A stretch of DNA of 63,892 nucleotides, filler included, from Asterionella formosa (taxonomy: Eukaryota): NCBI GenBank assembly GCA_002256025.1. It is 15 parts of 15 records of this genome, joined end to end, with 100 filler letters (N's around TTAATTAATTAA, not from the genome) between each part and the next. Parts side by side here need not be neighbours in the genome. Positions count along the whole stretch, not along the records: positions 1 to 22,360 come from NKIB01002775.1; positions 22,461 to 44,803 come from NKIB01002787.1; 13 more parts are not named here. One strand, written 5' to 3'. The first letter of the stretch is position 1. Every line of letters starts with the position of its first letter. Shown piece by piece: positions 11,959-25,450 of the stretch. A model generated the notes under the pieces. The model made no database searches and had not been told where the DNA came from. It worked only from the letters and a program-made list of their open reading frames with translations. Position numbers and translations under genes: made by a program.

Positions 11959-13137
11959 TTACAAATCGTTTCTTCGATTGACGACACCACCATCCTCCAA
12001 CATTGCCATTGCCTGCAACACTTGCACACGAGCCAACGATCGTAGCATCCATGGTCTTCCATACATCCCTTGCACCTGCTCTTCTTCAACGTCAGAATCT
12101 TCATCACGAAAGGTAAAGACATTGACAGGTGCATTATGATCTGAATCAGAGTCCCACTCCTCATCGGATTCTTCGTCAATGGAATCAGCTTCGTACTCAT
12201 CCTCAACTTCTCCTTCTTCATCATTTTCTCCTTCGTCTAACATGTCATCTTCACGCTCAATGCATGTTCTTTGGCAACACCCAGTCGCAGTGGCAGCTGC
12301 TGGAACTGTCGCGGTTGCAGTTGTTGCTGCTGCCGCCGCTCTAGCCATTTCTCGACACTTCCTCCTACTTTGTTGTTGTTTCATAGTATCCTTATCATCC
12401 ATGGCCCAGTCCCATCGACACATGTTTAGTATATAACAAATGACATCATCTGGCAATCGACTCATAACACACTCTGGCCGTCTTTGACACAACCACAGCG
12501 TCCGTGCCATGGTTTGAAAGTTATTCCCAAACAACATTCGTGTTTGCGGATTCCACAATTGATACACAGCCCCATACTCCAACCGCCCAACAAATTCTCG
12601 TGCATCTCTCCACGGGTTGCCCCATCCCCAAATGGGGGTGGAACCAAATACTTCATTGGACACGTGTGCTCGTCCTGTCAAAACTTTGGCAAACAAGTCA
12701 GTAGTAGTTGTAGAATTAGCACTGCTCTGACGGCGCCTTTGATTGTCATACACAATAGCCTCGTCACCTGGTAGGGAGGAGTGTATATAGATAGCCTTGG
12801 TTTGTCCTGGGTACAAGACAATAGGAGCAATAGATAAGGGCACCAAAACGTGTCGAGAAGGAGGATGCGTCCGTTCGTAAACTTTAGTCCAATGACGTTG
12901 GTTCATGAGAAATTGATGATTCGAGGCCTCACTGTTGGACACCCATACAGTCAAGGGACCCAACTTGCCCCGGACTGCAACACTAGTAATGACGATGTGA
13001 TCCAGTGGTAACAAATCTTTGCATTTGACAGGAAACATGATTCCACAAAAGGTATGATCTTCATTGTCTTCTGTCTCCACTGACACTACCTCGTTCACTA
13101 CGTAGTTGGCTTGGGTGGGGCGATGAATGGCTGCCAT
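11959..13137 (-). CDS. Hypothetical protein (~392 aa) with an F-box-like LPDDVICYIL motif and an acidic C-terminal tract
   Basis: Long uninterrupted ORF. The likely ATG is at 13137 (MAAIHRP). Globular N-terminal domain, then SRLPDDVICYILNM, poly-Ala/Thr and a D/E-rich segment. Confidence 0.8.
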   Translation of the reverse strand: MAAIHRPTQANYVVNEVVSVETEDNEDHTFCGIMFPVKCKDLLPLDHIVITSVAVRGKLGPLTVWVSNSEASNHQFLMNQRHWTKVYERTHPPSRHVLVPLSIAPIVLYPGQTKAIYIHSSLPGDEAIVYDNQRRRQSSANSTTTTDLFAKVLTGRAHVSNEVFGSTPIWGWGNPWRDAREFVGRLEYGAVYQLWNPQTRMLFGNNFQTMARTLWLCQRRPECVMSRLPDDVICYILNMCRWDWAMDDKDTMKQQQSRRKCREMARAAAAATTATATVPAAATATGCCQRTCIEREDDMLDEGENDEEGEVEDEYEADSIDEESDEEWDSDSDHNAPVNVFTFRDEDSDVEEEQVQGMYGRPWMLRSLARVQVLQAMAMLEDGGVVNRRNDL

Positions 13138-14562
13138 GATGGTTGTTTCTTGTTGTAATTGTTGTAGCAGTGCAAATGTGCTGATGCTGATGCTGACGCT
13201 CACGCTCACGGAGAAGGAACACAATCTGATACTTTTGGCTACACCAACAAAGAACAATATTACACCGGTAGATCTTTATGAAGAATACTACGACTACTAC
13301 GAGGTACCGTAGTAAAAATACTCCTGCAACTTTGACCCACTGCATGAAAAAGCATCATTATAGTAACCGATGTTGCCAGGTACAAGTAGGTACCAGTACC
13401 GATACCACACTAACACAGCCATCATGAAGTACTTTTGTCGTATGCCGCTAAATAAGATTTTTTGCTATAGTGTCCCTACTTGGAACGTGTAGTAGAAGCC
13501 TCTTGCTTTAAAGGATGCAAATTACTTTAGCTCATCCATCATTTTTTGTAGTAAAATATTATTTGATATATTATTAATAGTAGAAACATCATGACCCCCC
13601 CCCCTGCTTAGCTCGACTATACCAGCATCATCATCATTGCTGTTTTACATAACAGTAATTGCAATCCATCCATCACCTCCAACATGTTAGTTGCACCAAA
13701 TCATAGACTATAACAGCTAAAATAGAAAGAGTTACAATAACTACAAGTGCTATTTATTGGAATGCTTCTAGTAGATTCATAGAGCATCTAAGCACTGCTC
13801 CTTGTTCCAGAGAATTTGTGTGGTTGATTGTTGTTTGATTGGTGGATTGTTGACTCTGATGCCATTCTTTGTCGTCCCCTTTAATCATTCACGTGAAGAT
13901 TTAATCGATACATTAATATATGATTGCACTACTATAATGAAGAAGATCAGCAATCAGCCAATTCATGTTCAACCAGCCAACACATGACAAACTGACAAGG
14001 AGGAATTCCATCACACATTTTCGACTTTCATCCATACAAGCGCAGTCAGCCATAAGTAAATTTCACTAACCCTATTGTGCTGTGCCAGCAGTGCAAACAT
14101 CACCAGAGAATGATGCATAATGATTCCATGGTGTGTTCGACTTTAATGAGTTTTCATTATAATTTTCTAAATCGATTTAGGATGAAATTGTAGTGATCAC
14201 ATTTTACTATTTTACATAGTATAAGCATAGTACTATAGCCCAAATTTCAATTCATAGATGTATGCATTATATTAGACTTCTTGTTTTGATGAAAATTTAA
14301 CTTCGTCAAACAAGTATAAAACTTGTGGTAGGCATTTTCAGGGATGCATCTTGTAGTTACAGGGACAGTGTTCAAGAAATCCTGCTACCCGAAAATTCTA
14401 TACTTTTGGGGAAGGTACATTATCAAGGTACTACCTGAACGAGCCCCCAATTCCTTGTACTTTCAAAATTGGGTGAGCATTTAGGAGATTTGCATTCAAA
14501 TCTATGGTCTAAAGGCCAAAACATGATGTAAGTGCCCATGCATCTGAATAATTTGTCGATGT

Positions 14563-14907
14563 CCTGGCATTGGTATCGAGTCTGCATTAGCACTGTGAGC
14601 TACACAATAACTAGCTACAGAGTATGCAATGAGCTACAGACAGAAGAAACAATCAGCAGAAACAACAGGAAGCTCAAGGAGCTTGACGAAAATGACAGGA
14701 ATGCAACAGCCTGATGCACCATTCTTTTGAAAAAAGTATTTGTTGATGCCCTGGCATCATAGGCAAATCTGCATTGGCGCTTCGAGATCATACACAATAA
14801 CTAGAGTGTATATAATAAGCTACAACTAGATTGAACAATCACAAAAAACAACAAGAAACTCAAGGAACTTCACTAAAATGACTGGAATGCAACAAGATGC
14901 AATATTC
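14563..14907. repeat. Degenerate ~185-bp tandem duplication
   Basis: cctggcat...tctgcatt...tacacaataactag...aacaatca...aaacaaca.gaa.ctcaagga.ctt...aaaatgac.ggaatgcaaca...gatgca occurs at ~14563 and ~14750. Confidence 0.7.
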
Positions 14908-15360
14908 ATTCAATAGGAGTATTGATGCTGGTCTCATTGTCAAAACATTTTGATCAAAACAGAATCTAAAAGCTGCACAAATAATAAGGGGCGATGTTAA
15001 CAGAAATACAAATAATCTTTATTATTTTTATTGTATCTTCAGAAAAATGAATCTTTGCAGAAATACATTTCACAAATATATCTCAGTAATGGCAAAACAG
15101 TTAGCCTTTTTTCGTGTCTCCACAGCCCAACCATGTGCATCACATTCAGCAACATATAGCGATGATGTGCGCTTCATCAATTATACAATCATTCTGACAA
15201 TTATCATCACTCAAATGAGGATGACATATCGAAATTCAATGACACGAACAAATTCTTTGAGACCACTAATGTCAAAGCATGGGATATCGTCTTTCAGCAT
15301 GGACTACTTAGTGTATGTCATGACACCTTGTAGACAACGCAATGCACTTGTCGAAATGAT

Positions 15361-15500
15361 ATGACTTGCTTGGTTCAATTACTCCTCTCGCATGGAGCCA
15401 AGCAATCCATTGGAAACAGATTCTCATGGCGCAACACTATCGCATTGGGAATGTGAGAGTGGCAAATTAGATGTTGTCAAGTGCTTGGAGCAATATAAAA
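15361..15500 (+). pseudogene. Ankyrin-repeat remnant
   Basis: LVQLLLSHGA, then a frameshift to ETDSHGATLSHWECESGKLDVVKCL, which matches the ankyrin consensus D.xG.TPLHxA...G.xxVVxxL. Confidence 0.55.
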
Positions 15501-17436
15501 CTATAGATTGTAATTCAGGATTTTGACTGTGCATCGATTAGCTTATCCCCTCCGTTCATAAGGGAAACCAATAAAAAAGGAATGGTGCGCGCATGACGGT
15601 TGCACATGTCATTCAACTCGTAAATGTTGCAAGAATTTACTGAAACCATAATTACCCAAGTTGCAATTATGATAACTGCTGTTGATCCCTCCTCCCGAAA
15701 TTCGTTTCCGTTCTTGCCAGTTGATTATTTTGATTACATGACCATGATTAAACCCCCCCCCCCCCCCTCTGGGTTCCAGCAGCCATATTCATCATGTTTG
15801 TTGGGCTTATACTGGGTTGGTTTAGGATTTCCAAAAATCTAGGCTGATTACGCCAGAAAGCGCAATGCGGACTACCCTACTAACACTTGAGCAGTATTCT
15901 TAATAAACAATGTTAATAATTACAACTTATATATATGAAGGATAAAGGCAGCATCATCCACGATTTTTATGCTTTGTTGATGCACATATGTTGCATCATT
16001 ATGTTTCCGTTATTTCAATTTTAAACCATCATCAGAAGCTTCATGAATACTCAGCTAGAGAGAGTCAATAGTGCTGGAGCAGCGTGGCGATCATTCTTGC
16101 TCAGAATGGAATGATCAGGGTTGCCTGTTTGGTGGTGGGTAGAGAGGAATGACTGTGGCGGAAATACTGCTACTGGTGTCAGGCTACTACAGCGATGCGC
16201 ATGGTTGCAGCAACCAGACCATTGACGCTAAATAACGATGCAGGTCTACATTGGGTTGAGCTTACTTTCTTCTTCTTTCGGTCTTCGATTGTATATGGTG
16301 ATGGAAAGTCAATGTTGCCTGTGTAAGTACTACAATGATTCACAATGCATACGTCTCCATCGGAACTCTTATTTTTTATTTCATTTCTAACCCAAAACCC
16401 CAATTTTTTCTATTTCTCATTTGATGCTACTTATTACATCGCATTTCATACTTTGGTTGCTCCAAACATCATGTTCAATTTTCATTGATGTTGCATGTTA
16501 CAATCATTCTCGTGTGTTTTACGCTTGTTGTACCATCTCTATGCATATTACCGATATTCTGGTTGTCATGCTAAAATCGGCAATTTTATTGCCGAAAAAT
16601 TCGATGTGCCCCATATTGCCCTTAAATAAAAATTACATAAGAAATTACTTAGAGCCTAAAAATTACTTAGAAGTACCCGAATGGCAAGACGATAGCTGGA
16701 GCGGGAATTGCCGGGATAACCTCTGTTCGCCCGAGATGGTAACTAGCAACCAACCGTTCTTTCGGCGACGTGCTCCTGAGAAGGAGCTCAAGGTACATAT
16801 TTCTACAATACATTTGTTCTGCTGATACCAGGTACCGGTGATTTCTTATGCATACCGGTACATATATGCATATGCATATCTCCTATGTTCTAACTCAAGT
16901 GCATCTTTTTCTACATTGCTTCTCGTATACTTGGTACTAAAAACCGACGCAAGCTAGGGCTAACAAACGAGGCAGGACACAAGAAGGGAGACTACTTTGG
17001 TAAAGGCAATGCTACTACTAGGCTTTGCGTTGACTTAGCTACAGCTTCAGGTATGGATAATGCTGCTCGTTGCACTGCCCATGGTAGGAGGAAGAGTATG
17101 ATTTCTTCACTTGTCAACTCTAGTGTTGCATTACCTACGAAGATCATTCTTGATAAATCCAGGCATGGATCAGCGGAAATAAATGCAAGGTACCAGCTCC
17201 CATCAAAGGAAATGCAGCATCAAGCAAGGATTGCAGTTTTTGAGAAGTTTGAAGATGCCAAGGACCAGCTTGAAACTCCCGAAATATATACTTCCGACTT
17301 TGCATTTGTTCCTCCTGATGTGAACAAATCAGTTGAATTTTCAACTCCAATTGACAATCCACCATTGATAATTTCCTGTCTCTCCAACTTGACTGTTGTC
17401 AACTGGCGACAACTAATAGTAGCTTCTACTTTATCC

Positions 17437-18298
17437 TTTAACATTTAGCTCTCTTTATTCCGAAACATAGAGTCTACAAGCCTTCAGCCATTTAAGATAC
17501 TATTCTTCAATTATCTACAGTTTCCATAACACTTTCAATTGGTTATTGAGCCCAAACCTTCTTCCAACATCATATTTCTTTTAATCCTCTCCTTTCTTTT
17601 TTAATCTGTAGTCTTCTTTGTCTAGCCCTTCCTTTCTTTCTGATTACTTCCTTCTTTAATTTACTTTACTTCCATTGGTAGTCTTCTTTGACTAGCTAGC
17701 TCTTCCATTCTTCTGAATACTTCCTTCCTTCATTTACTTTACTTCCATCGCTAGTCTTCTTCAACTAGCCATTTCTTTCATCTGAATGCTTACTTCTTTC
17801 ATTTACTTTACTTCCATCGGTAGTCTTCTTCGGCTAACCCTTCCTTTCTTTCTGAATAATTCCTTCTTTTCTTTTCTGTTACAATGGCTACCAAGTTTGA
17901 ACATGTCAATCGCCTAGGTTCTGGTTACTCTCGTGGAACCCTTAACAATTACTTTTCTGTCACCCGCCACCCTAGGTGGTCACCTTGTCAAGCTCGGCTT
18001 ATCCAGGGGAAAATGTTCATCTCCTCATTGAGGATGTGCAAACTACCTACAATCTAATGGCTGGTGGTGGTTCCATTCATAAAACAAAAAGTTTCTATCT
18101 TGCAGCATTGAAGGTTTTCGCACTGCATTTCATGTTCTCTCTGGAGAAATCGACATCCAAGAAAAACGCCTCATTGGAAAATACAATGCTGCAATGCTTT
18201 GCTTCCAATCAACAGATCTGCATTATATAACATCGCTCTCCTCTGCAACTACAAACATCTACTTGACAATGGTTGCTGGATTTCCATAACACTTTTCA
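17437..18298 (+). mobile_element. Internally deleted Ty1/copia (CoDi-like) LTR-retrotransposon remnant; 5' LTR start not defined
   Basis: The LTR-end-like TTTCCATAACACTTT(T)CA occurs at 17521-17537 and 18281-18298. A PBS-like TGGTTATTGAGCCCA follows the first copy (17540-17554). Gag-like start at 17884 with a frameshifted YPGENV motif. Confidence 0.5.
17609..17875. repeat. ~70-bp pyrimidine-rich minisatellite, ~4 copies
   Basis: Units beginning tagtcttctt at 17609, 17679, 17752 and 17821. Confidence 0.85.
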
Positions 18299-20650
18299 AG
18301 TCTGTATGATAAATCAGTAGCACTTAGCATTTCTACCGGTACCACAGTACCAGGTACCTGGTACCTGGTACTCCCTCTGGGCGAAAACAATTGTGTCAAA
18401 TTTTAAAATTTATCCGGGCTTCTTTGACTCCTACTATTTTCTCCAGCTCAATCGCCCTAATGTGCGTGCACAATCACATAATCCATAGCTGGTTGCAACC
18501 TGAAGATCAATATACCGGTACCAGGTAGTAGGATACGTAGGCCTTAGAATAGAGTTGTTTTGCATTTAATAATCAAGAGTAAAATTTGTGATGCACGCAC
18601 AAAATTGACGGAATATTTGTTCTTTATGATCTGATAAATCATATGTTACCTCCACTCATTTCCCCTCAAAAGGTACTATGCAACATCGATTTGTTGTTGT
18701 CGTTCATGTTTGTTGATTTTTTTGCTTGCTTTGTTGGTTTGTTGTTCACCATGTTAGATCATAGGCATATGTTGCCTTGCAGAAAATAAATGGAGGGCAA
18801 AGTAATTTGTTTTGAATCGTTTGAAAAGCTTCTCAATGCTGATGGGGTCTGCTTCATGTGTTTTGCCAACTTTGGTGTTTTGATTTAGTCTCTTCAATTA
18901 GTAAGTTGTGTTCTTGCGTCTTTGATTGTATTGCTTCTTGCTTCTTATCCTTTGCTCTATACTGACCAAAACCTCCAGAAATCTCAATGAATCGCTTGTT
19001 TCTTGATTTGAATGCCAAAGGGATCAAAACCAGTGGAAAAATCAAAAGGGAACTAAAAATTCTCTGCAAACATCAGGACAATTATGAAAGAGAAATGAAT
19101 GTTGGGAGGAGAGCGAAGTAAAGGGATAATTGCTTCTGGTCTTGTGGGAACAAGAATGGATTGACCCAAACAATGTTGACAAATAGGTACCTACCGGAAA
19201 AGGAAGCAAATCTTTAGGCATCATCAATCTATACACAAGCCTGCGCCACGCACCTGACGTCAATATAGCTACCTCGACTTCATCAATGAAGAAGCATGTG
19301 AGGAAAATCGGGGTTGAGGTTTTCCTGACGCCAACGTGCTTGGCTGAACTTGTTCATGAAGGCATTGAGTAACCTGGGCCTATGCAGCCAAAGGATAAAG
19401 AAAAATCTGTGACAGGAGTGGTAAGATAGTGTGTAAATGGAGGCATACCATCATGGCTGCTCTTCACTGACAGTTGTCAAGTCAATGAACAAACACATCA
19501 AGCAAGGGTGCACAAAAGACAGTCCCATTTTAATCTACTGGATGATACATAGTTTTGAGACTCACCATTCTGCAATGGGGTGGACTTTGATCATCGCTTC
19601 GTTCGAAGCACAATCAATTCAAATGCTGTCCAGTGAAACAATGAACACAATTGCGGCGAAAAAGCGCAGAACAGATCAAGAGATTTCATAGAAATTGAAT
19701 TAACAGGGCATATATGATGCACTGCTCCTTGTGTATATTTGATCATTTCCATATTTCATATACAGGTGCATGGTGGATGACTCCTCCCTATCATTAGATA
19801 TGCAGTCATGTTGCGATAATTCTACAAGACCTATAGGATTGGTAGTCTGGTGGTCATCATTTCCGCATTGTATATACCAGTAGGAGTCATGTGTTCATGC
19901 ATGCTGCAATAATTCTTACAAGACATAAAAATTTGGTAGCTTGGGGGAAATCACTTCCATACTTTATACAGGGGGGGGAATGCACGAGACATCTACTTCG
20001 GTATAAAGTATGATCTTTAATCAAAAAAATCGATTATCCTATACCTTCGATCATAACATAGTGATCAAATTAAAAATGGTGTCGTTGATGAGAAAATGAA
20101 AGATCAAAATTTATTTTCAGGAATTAGGATTTTATTTTCAGGAATTAGGATAAATTGATCTTAAAAATATGATCAAATGATCCTTAACACATGAGCATAT
20201 TCAGCTTTCCGCTGCACTATTGTGGTGCTCCCATGATTGAAGTAATACCCAGCAAGTATACAGTACTACCGGTAGGCCATATAATTTTTCGAATGTATAT
20301 GGTCAATATGTCTATCTTCATAAATGTTTGATTTAGATCATTTGAAAAGTTGGTGATGACTTCCCTTTATTAAGGGGCTTAATTTAATTTAATCAGCCAC
20401 TGACTTGTAGGTACAAGAATTGACACAAAACAAATTGAAAAAATTCAATATGTCGTGGAAAACTATGAACTCATCATGCATTGTATATATTTGAATTATG
20501 TATAATCAAAATTGATGTTAGTATACACAGGCTGTGTGCCATATTATGAGTGTTTTTAAAACTTTACAAATGTTCAAATATATATAAATTTACCCAAGTT
20601 GCAAATCTTTATATATATGAATACATGGCTGAAACATTTGAAATCATGTT

Positions 20651-20996
20651 TTCATGTTCCTTGTCATGCATACACTTTGCTCCTGAAATGAAGGATCATC
20701 ACACATGATGACGCGGAAAATGAAAGTGATAATACAACACAATGATACTTGCGGCTTAGAAAGAGTGACTACGGAGAAGGGCGGAATCAATTGATGGTAA
20801 GTCAAGAGCAAATGCCTTTCATGTTCCTTGTCATGCATCCACTTCCTGAAATGAAGGATCTCAAGGAACACATGATGCGAAAAACTGAAGTGAAAATACA
20901 ACACAATGATATACCATGAGGCTAAGAAGGATTAAATATGATGGAGAAGGGCGGAATCAACAAGCTGTGCATGTTAACACGTCAAGAGCAATTGCC
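20651..20996. repeat. ~167-bp degenerate tandem duplication
   Basis: ttcatgttccttgtcatgcat...cctgaaatgaaggatc...atacaacacaatgata...ggagaagggcggaatcaa...gtcaagagcaa.tgcc at 20651 and 20818. Confidence 0.85.
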
Positions 20997-21888
20997 AGGA
21001 TGAGCAATTGTTGGGATTACAAATATGGAATGACTCGTCCCCTTTCAGTGATTCAATAGCTCCTTTTGGATTTGGTGGCCAACCATCAATGTGGACAAAA
21101 GAAATCGGTAAGTGCTATCATCTTTGGATCAATCCACAACTGTTAGAAAAACTGACACATAGTTTTTATTTGCAGACGGAATTTACTTCTGCCCAATTCT
21201 CAAATCGTGATGTGTGCTAAATGTTGTTTGGATTGCAACTTCATTAAAAGTATGGAAGTAAGGGTAAGAATTTTCATGGATCACTCATTCAGATTCTGGA
21301 GCTAGATAATAGAGAAATTAATCTTGCTAGCTAGTAGCCAACAAATAATTTCTTGCTTGTCTTGCAAACAAGGACCTGTTGATTAGAGATTATCACTGTA
21401 TCCTTTTTTGAAAGATATCACAGTTCTACTGGTAGAAAAGAAACAAAAGTAACCCAACTTATACCATTTCTTCAGTTAGAAATGGTTTAAAGCGCTATCG
21501 TAGATTCACTCATGGTCTTGTTAAGCCAAAAGTAATCCCTTGCTACTTGTGTTGTACAGCAATAAATATGATTAATATTTTAAACTTCCCGGAGTACGTA
21601 GAGTACCTCTATACTTCTATACCTGTATCAGGATATCTGGTGACTGGTACCAGGTGAGCAATCCTGCACATCGATACAGATATATATAGAGTTGGGGTTA
21701 TGTCAAATATATCGGAATTCAATAATGAGAGAACTCGACTAACACCCATTCTATACTTTGATGTCAGTTCAGGAAATGAGTTATACATAAGGATTAATTA
21801 ATAAGCTCATATATTCAACAAATACTACTACTTCTAGTTAGATACTTCACTTTGAATTCAAAAAGAGTCGAATTAGAAGACAACAAAC

Positions 21889-22360
21889 ATGGCAATGTAT
21901 TCAAGGGTTCCTGTGATTCCTTTGATCAAAGACTACAATGTATTGACTATCAAAACTAAAACGTTCAGAGTTGCTTTAACCGGTGGAAGGTTTGAATCGT
22001 TTGATCAAGATATGATCGATGGAAGCTCAGTGGAAGCATTGTTAATTGGAGTTAGTCAATTTCGTGATATGGCTAACACATGTGACTTTAGCCCTGCAGA
22101 TACCTTTTCCTATTTTAAAAGGTGTTTGACAGACATTGCCTTATCGGATTGGTTGAATGTGGAAGTACACCCAGAAGATCAATCTTACGATAGTTTCGAA
22201 GAAGCGATGGCTTTATGGTTAGATGATCGTTTGCCAAATGAGAGTTTTCAACATCAACGACAATGGATGCTACGTTATTTATCTAAACCCTTTTCCATGT
22301 TGGTAATGGATTACGGAGCTCGTATTAAAACTTTAAACAGGCTACTTCAACTAATGCCTC
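21889..22360 (+). mobile_element. Ty3/gypsy-type gag N-terminal fragment, cut by the scaffold end
   Basis: DGSSVEALL...FKRCLTDIALSDW...QRQWMLRYLSKPFSMLVMDYGARIKTLNRLLQLMP resembles the major-homology-like region of diatom gypsy gag (Q..Y....L.KP..M....F..R...LN..L...P). Confidence 0.7.
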
Positions 22361-22460
22361 NNNNNNNNNNNNNNNNNNNNNNNNNNNNNNNNNNNNNNNN
22401 NNNNTTAATTAATTAANNNNNNNNNNNNNNNNNNNNNNNNNNNNNNNNNNNNNNNNNNNN
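22361..22460. other. Artificial contig-joining spacer N44-TTAATTAATTAA-N44 (14 copies in the window)
   Basis: An identical 12-mer with stops in all six frames occurs at 22405, 44848, 46317, 47786, 49255, 50724, 52193, 53662, 55130, 56598, 58066, 59537, 61004 and 62471, each embedded in N runs. Confidence 0.98.
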
Positions 22461-22469
22461 CAAAATATA

Positions 22470-24339
22470 ATGCTTGAAAAATCATTCTCCGTTATTGTAT
22501 TGGCCTTGTTGGTGTTCATCGTTTGTGGACAAGGAAGATATGTACGTCGAGAAGGAGTATTGAAAGCGAGTGAAGCCGACCAGAGCGCAAAACTTGTCTC
22601 ATGGGATTGTAAATTTTGCAAACCCTGTTATGTATCCATAATTCAGCTAAACCATTTCCTTTCAATCAAACAACTATAGGGATCTCCTGGAGTACAAGGG
22701 GCAAGCGGTAAATGTCTTTACTGCGAAGTGGGAATCATGAGTGGCGTGCCAGTTGATGGTGTGGGCGCCTCAAGGTACCGCTGCCTCACTCACGCGACCC
22801 AGGAAGGCGATGGAATGGCGGAGATGTCATATTCTCTGAACCTCCCAACTACTTTCGTCAATGCAAACAAGGTATCACTGGACTCTGGAGTGTCAAGTAT
22901 TTGCATCATCGGGGGCTCTGCAATTCGTACTGAATTCGGAAGGCCGGACTACGTTGTTATTCCACCGAATACTGAAATTCACTTTGTTGCAAGTCCTGCT
23001 AGTCGGCAGCGCCGTTTAGTGCAGACAATTGGAATCAAAACTTTGCTACTCGTACGTGTCACTGCCCCTAATTCAACACAGAACGATTCTATTGAGCGGC
23101 TCTCGAATGTAACCTTTGGTACTGGAAACCAGCAGAACTCAATGGCCGCTCAGTTCAGCTCATGTTCTTCTGGAAAGCTGCAGTTTGTTCCTGCAAGCGG
23201 ATATCCTGGTATCATCACAAATGGAGTAATGGAACTTCCTCTTCAAGCATCTGTTGATGGCCTGTACATCACCGACATTCAAAATTCTTTGACAGCTGCG
23301 GTTCAGAATAAGCTCGGAGTGGCAAACCTTGGCAGCATTTTCTCCAACATCGTGTTTTGTATGCCCTATGGTACTCTAAGATCCAAAACGGTAAATTCAA
23401 AATCTTGGATTGCGTATTCTTATATGCCAGGTCAATACTCCTACTTTAACAATGGTGAGTGCATCCGGCTCACTCATACCGCATTCCAGCATACCGACCA
23501 AATGCCTTAAAATCTCTCACCATGCCCTACCATCCCTCGATTTTTCTCTCAACAGGACGGTGCTCAAGTCTCAGCGGAAAAATGCATGAAATCGGGTGAG
23601 TACACCTATACCTCTGACTAGAAGTGTGTAACTTTTGAATATCTTCCTCACTTTCGTTAATTTTTGCAGTCATAACCTAGGCCTTCAACATTCAAACGCA
23701 GACGGCAAAACTTACGCTGACCAGACTTGCATGATGGGATTTGCCAGCTCTGGTACCGGATCGCCAGCCATGTGCTTCAATGGCCACAAGAACTATGTCC
23801 TCGGCTGGTACGCTGACAAGCAAATCACAGTCAGCCCAGAAACAGGTGGGGCATGGTCTGGCAAGCTTGTGGGCTTCGTAGATTATACCAAGGCAGCGAC
23901 ATCTCGCAATGAGTATGTTCTCGTTGTTGTCGGTCAACTGTACATTCAGTACAACCTTGCTGAAGGCTTTAACTCTGAAGTAAAGCAGAAGGCTAACATG
24001 GTTACGATCGCAACAGCCCCAGACACTAGATCGGAATCATCCATGATGTTGTCATTGTCATCCAATCAATTTGCTACAATTGGCGCATACACAGTAGAAG
24101 CATGTGCGATGGTAGCTTCTACTTCCACGGCTCCAAAGCATGTGACCCTCTCTGTGCACTTAAATAATCAGCGCTCGACTTGTCCAGGTGCAGCTTTAGT
24201 CAGCATGAAGCCGACAGCCCAACCATCTGCCGCACCAACTTTCATAACTACTTTAAGGCCCACTGCGACTCCAAGCCCAACCATCCGTAAGCGTCCAAAG
24301 GAAAAAACCATCAAGTCTGAAATTGTTTCAAACCCGTAA
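22470..24339 (+). CDS. Secreted zinc metalloprotease, gametolysin/peptidase M11-like
   Basis: Exons 22470-22541 (signal peptide; an alternative donor at 22596 is possible), 22680-23454, 23556-23595 and 23670-24339. Splicing builds HEIGHNLGLQH (HExxHxxGxxH). Met-turn DQTCMMG, CFNGHKNYVLGW, and a P/T-rich tail. Confidence 0.9.
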
Positions 24340-24368
24340 GCATCGATTGTAGCATTTTTGAGTTGGTT

Positions 24369-25450
24369 TTACACACACACAAAAATGAATTTCTCGGATA
24401 AAAAAATACATAACTCACCCTCATTTATCATATTCTTGACGTGATGATACTTGATATCAATATCCTTCATTCGAGTCCCAATCTGTTGATCTTTTGCCAT
24501 AAATATTGCACCAGTATAATCCTGGCTTACAAAGGTTGCTTGGTAGCATGTTTTCAAGACCAGTTACTTCGTTATGTAAAATTGCGATAACTTTATCTTC
24601 TGCGCTTATTGTGACATTGCAACATATTCGGCTTCTGTACTCAACAACATGGCTGATTCCGGCCTACCTTATTAGTAGCCCAGTCACTATTGATGTAAGC
24701 AATGCCAATTTGTCCAATAAAAATCCAATGACTGTTGAGACTACATCCCACTGTTCTTCTCCTGGACAACTCAAGTATGAAGACAATTCTTGTACAGCGT
24801 TAGCACACTTCAGAGAATCCTTGTCCTTAGTAGACCACCGTTGTTTCCATAATAATTTTTCCTTCATTTGCGCCCAATATTTTTCAAGGTGCACCCAGTG
24901 TTTCACAAGACCTTTTTAAACTGGTAAGCACTTCATATTCATGTATCATCTACATGCAAAATTTCTTCATCTGTACCTCCCAGTATTCCCCATACCAGTA
25001 CTTGTCATTCTTACATGTGGATTCCATGCCCAAGTGTTTTTGTTGATGACCTTGTCATTCCATGATATTGAAATCTTCCTTAATTATGTTTTTCATATAT
25101 TCAAATGCATTCCTGGTTGCATAAATAATACAATTGTCCATGTTGTTTGCTAATAGCCCTTCTATTTGTCAATCGTCATTACAATAGATAAAGAACATAG
25201 AGTATATTTTACTTTCCATCATACTTTCAGCTTTGCTCATGACACATTTTGCAAACATCTTGGACCAAAACCTTGGTGCTTGAACAATTCCAAACACAAT
25301 CTTGACTAGCTTACATGTGTAGACATACTGGTCAATTTGTTCAAGTCCTTGTGGAGGCTTGATGTAAATGTCCTCATAGACGTCAGCATTTAAGAACATT
25401 TCTTCAACATTGATTGCTTCAGGCAACAAATCATAGTACATAGTCATGTT
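24369..25450 (-). mobile_element. Degenerate Ty1/copia reverse transcriptase-RNase H remnant
   Basis: INVEEMFLNADVYEDIYIKPPQG, CKLVKIVFGIVQAPRFW and DYTGAIFMAKDQQIGTRMKDIDIKYHHV in broken frames. Confidence 0.88.

Noticed and set aside
18850..19700. pogo-like transposase remnant following TACTCCCTC at ~18369
   Set aside because: No matching right TIR or catalytic motif was found.
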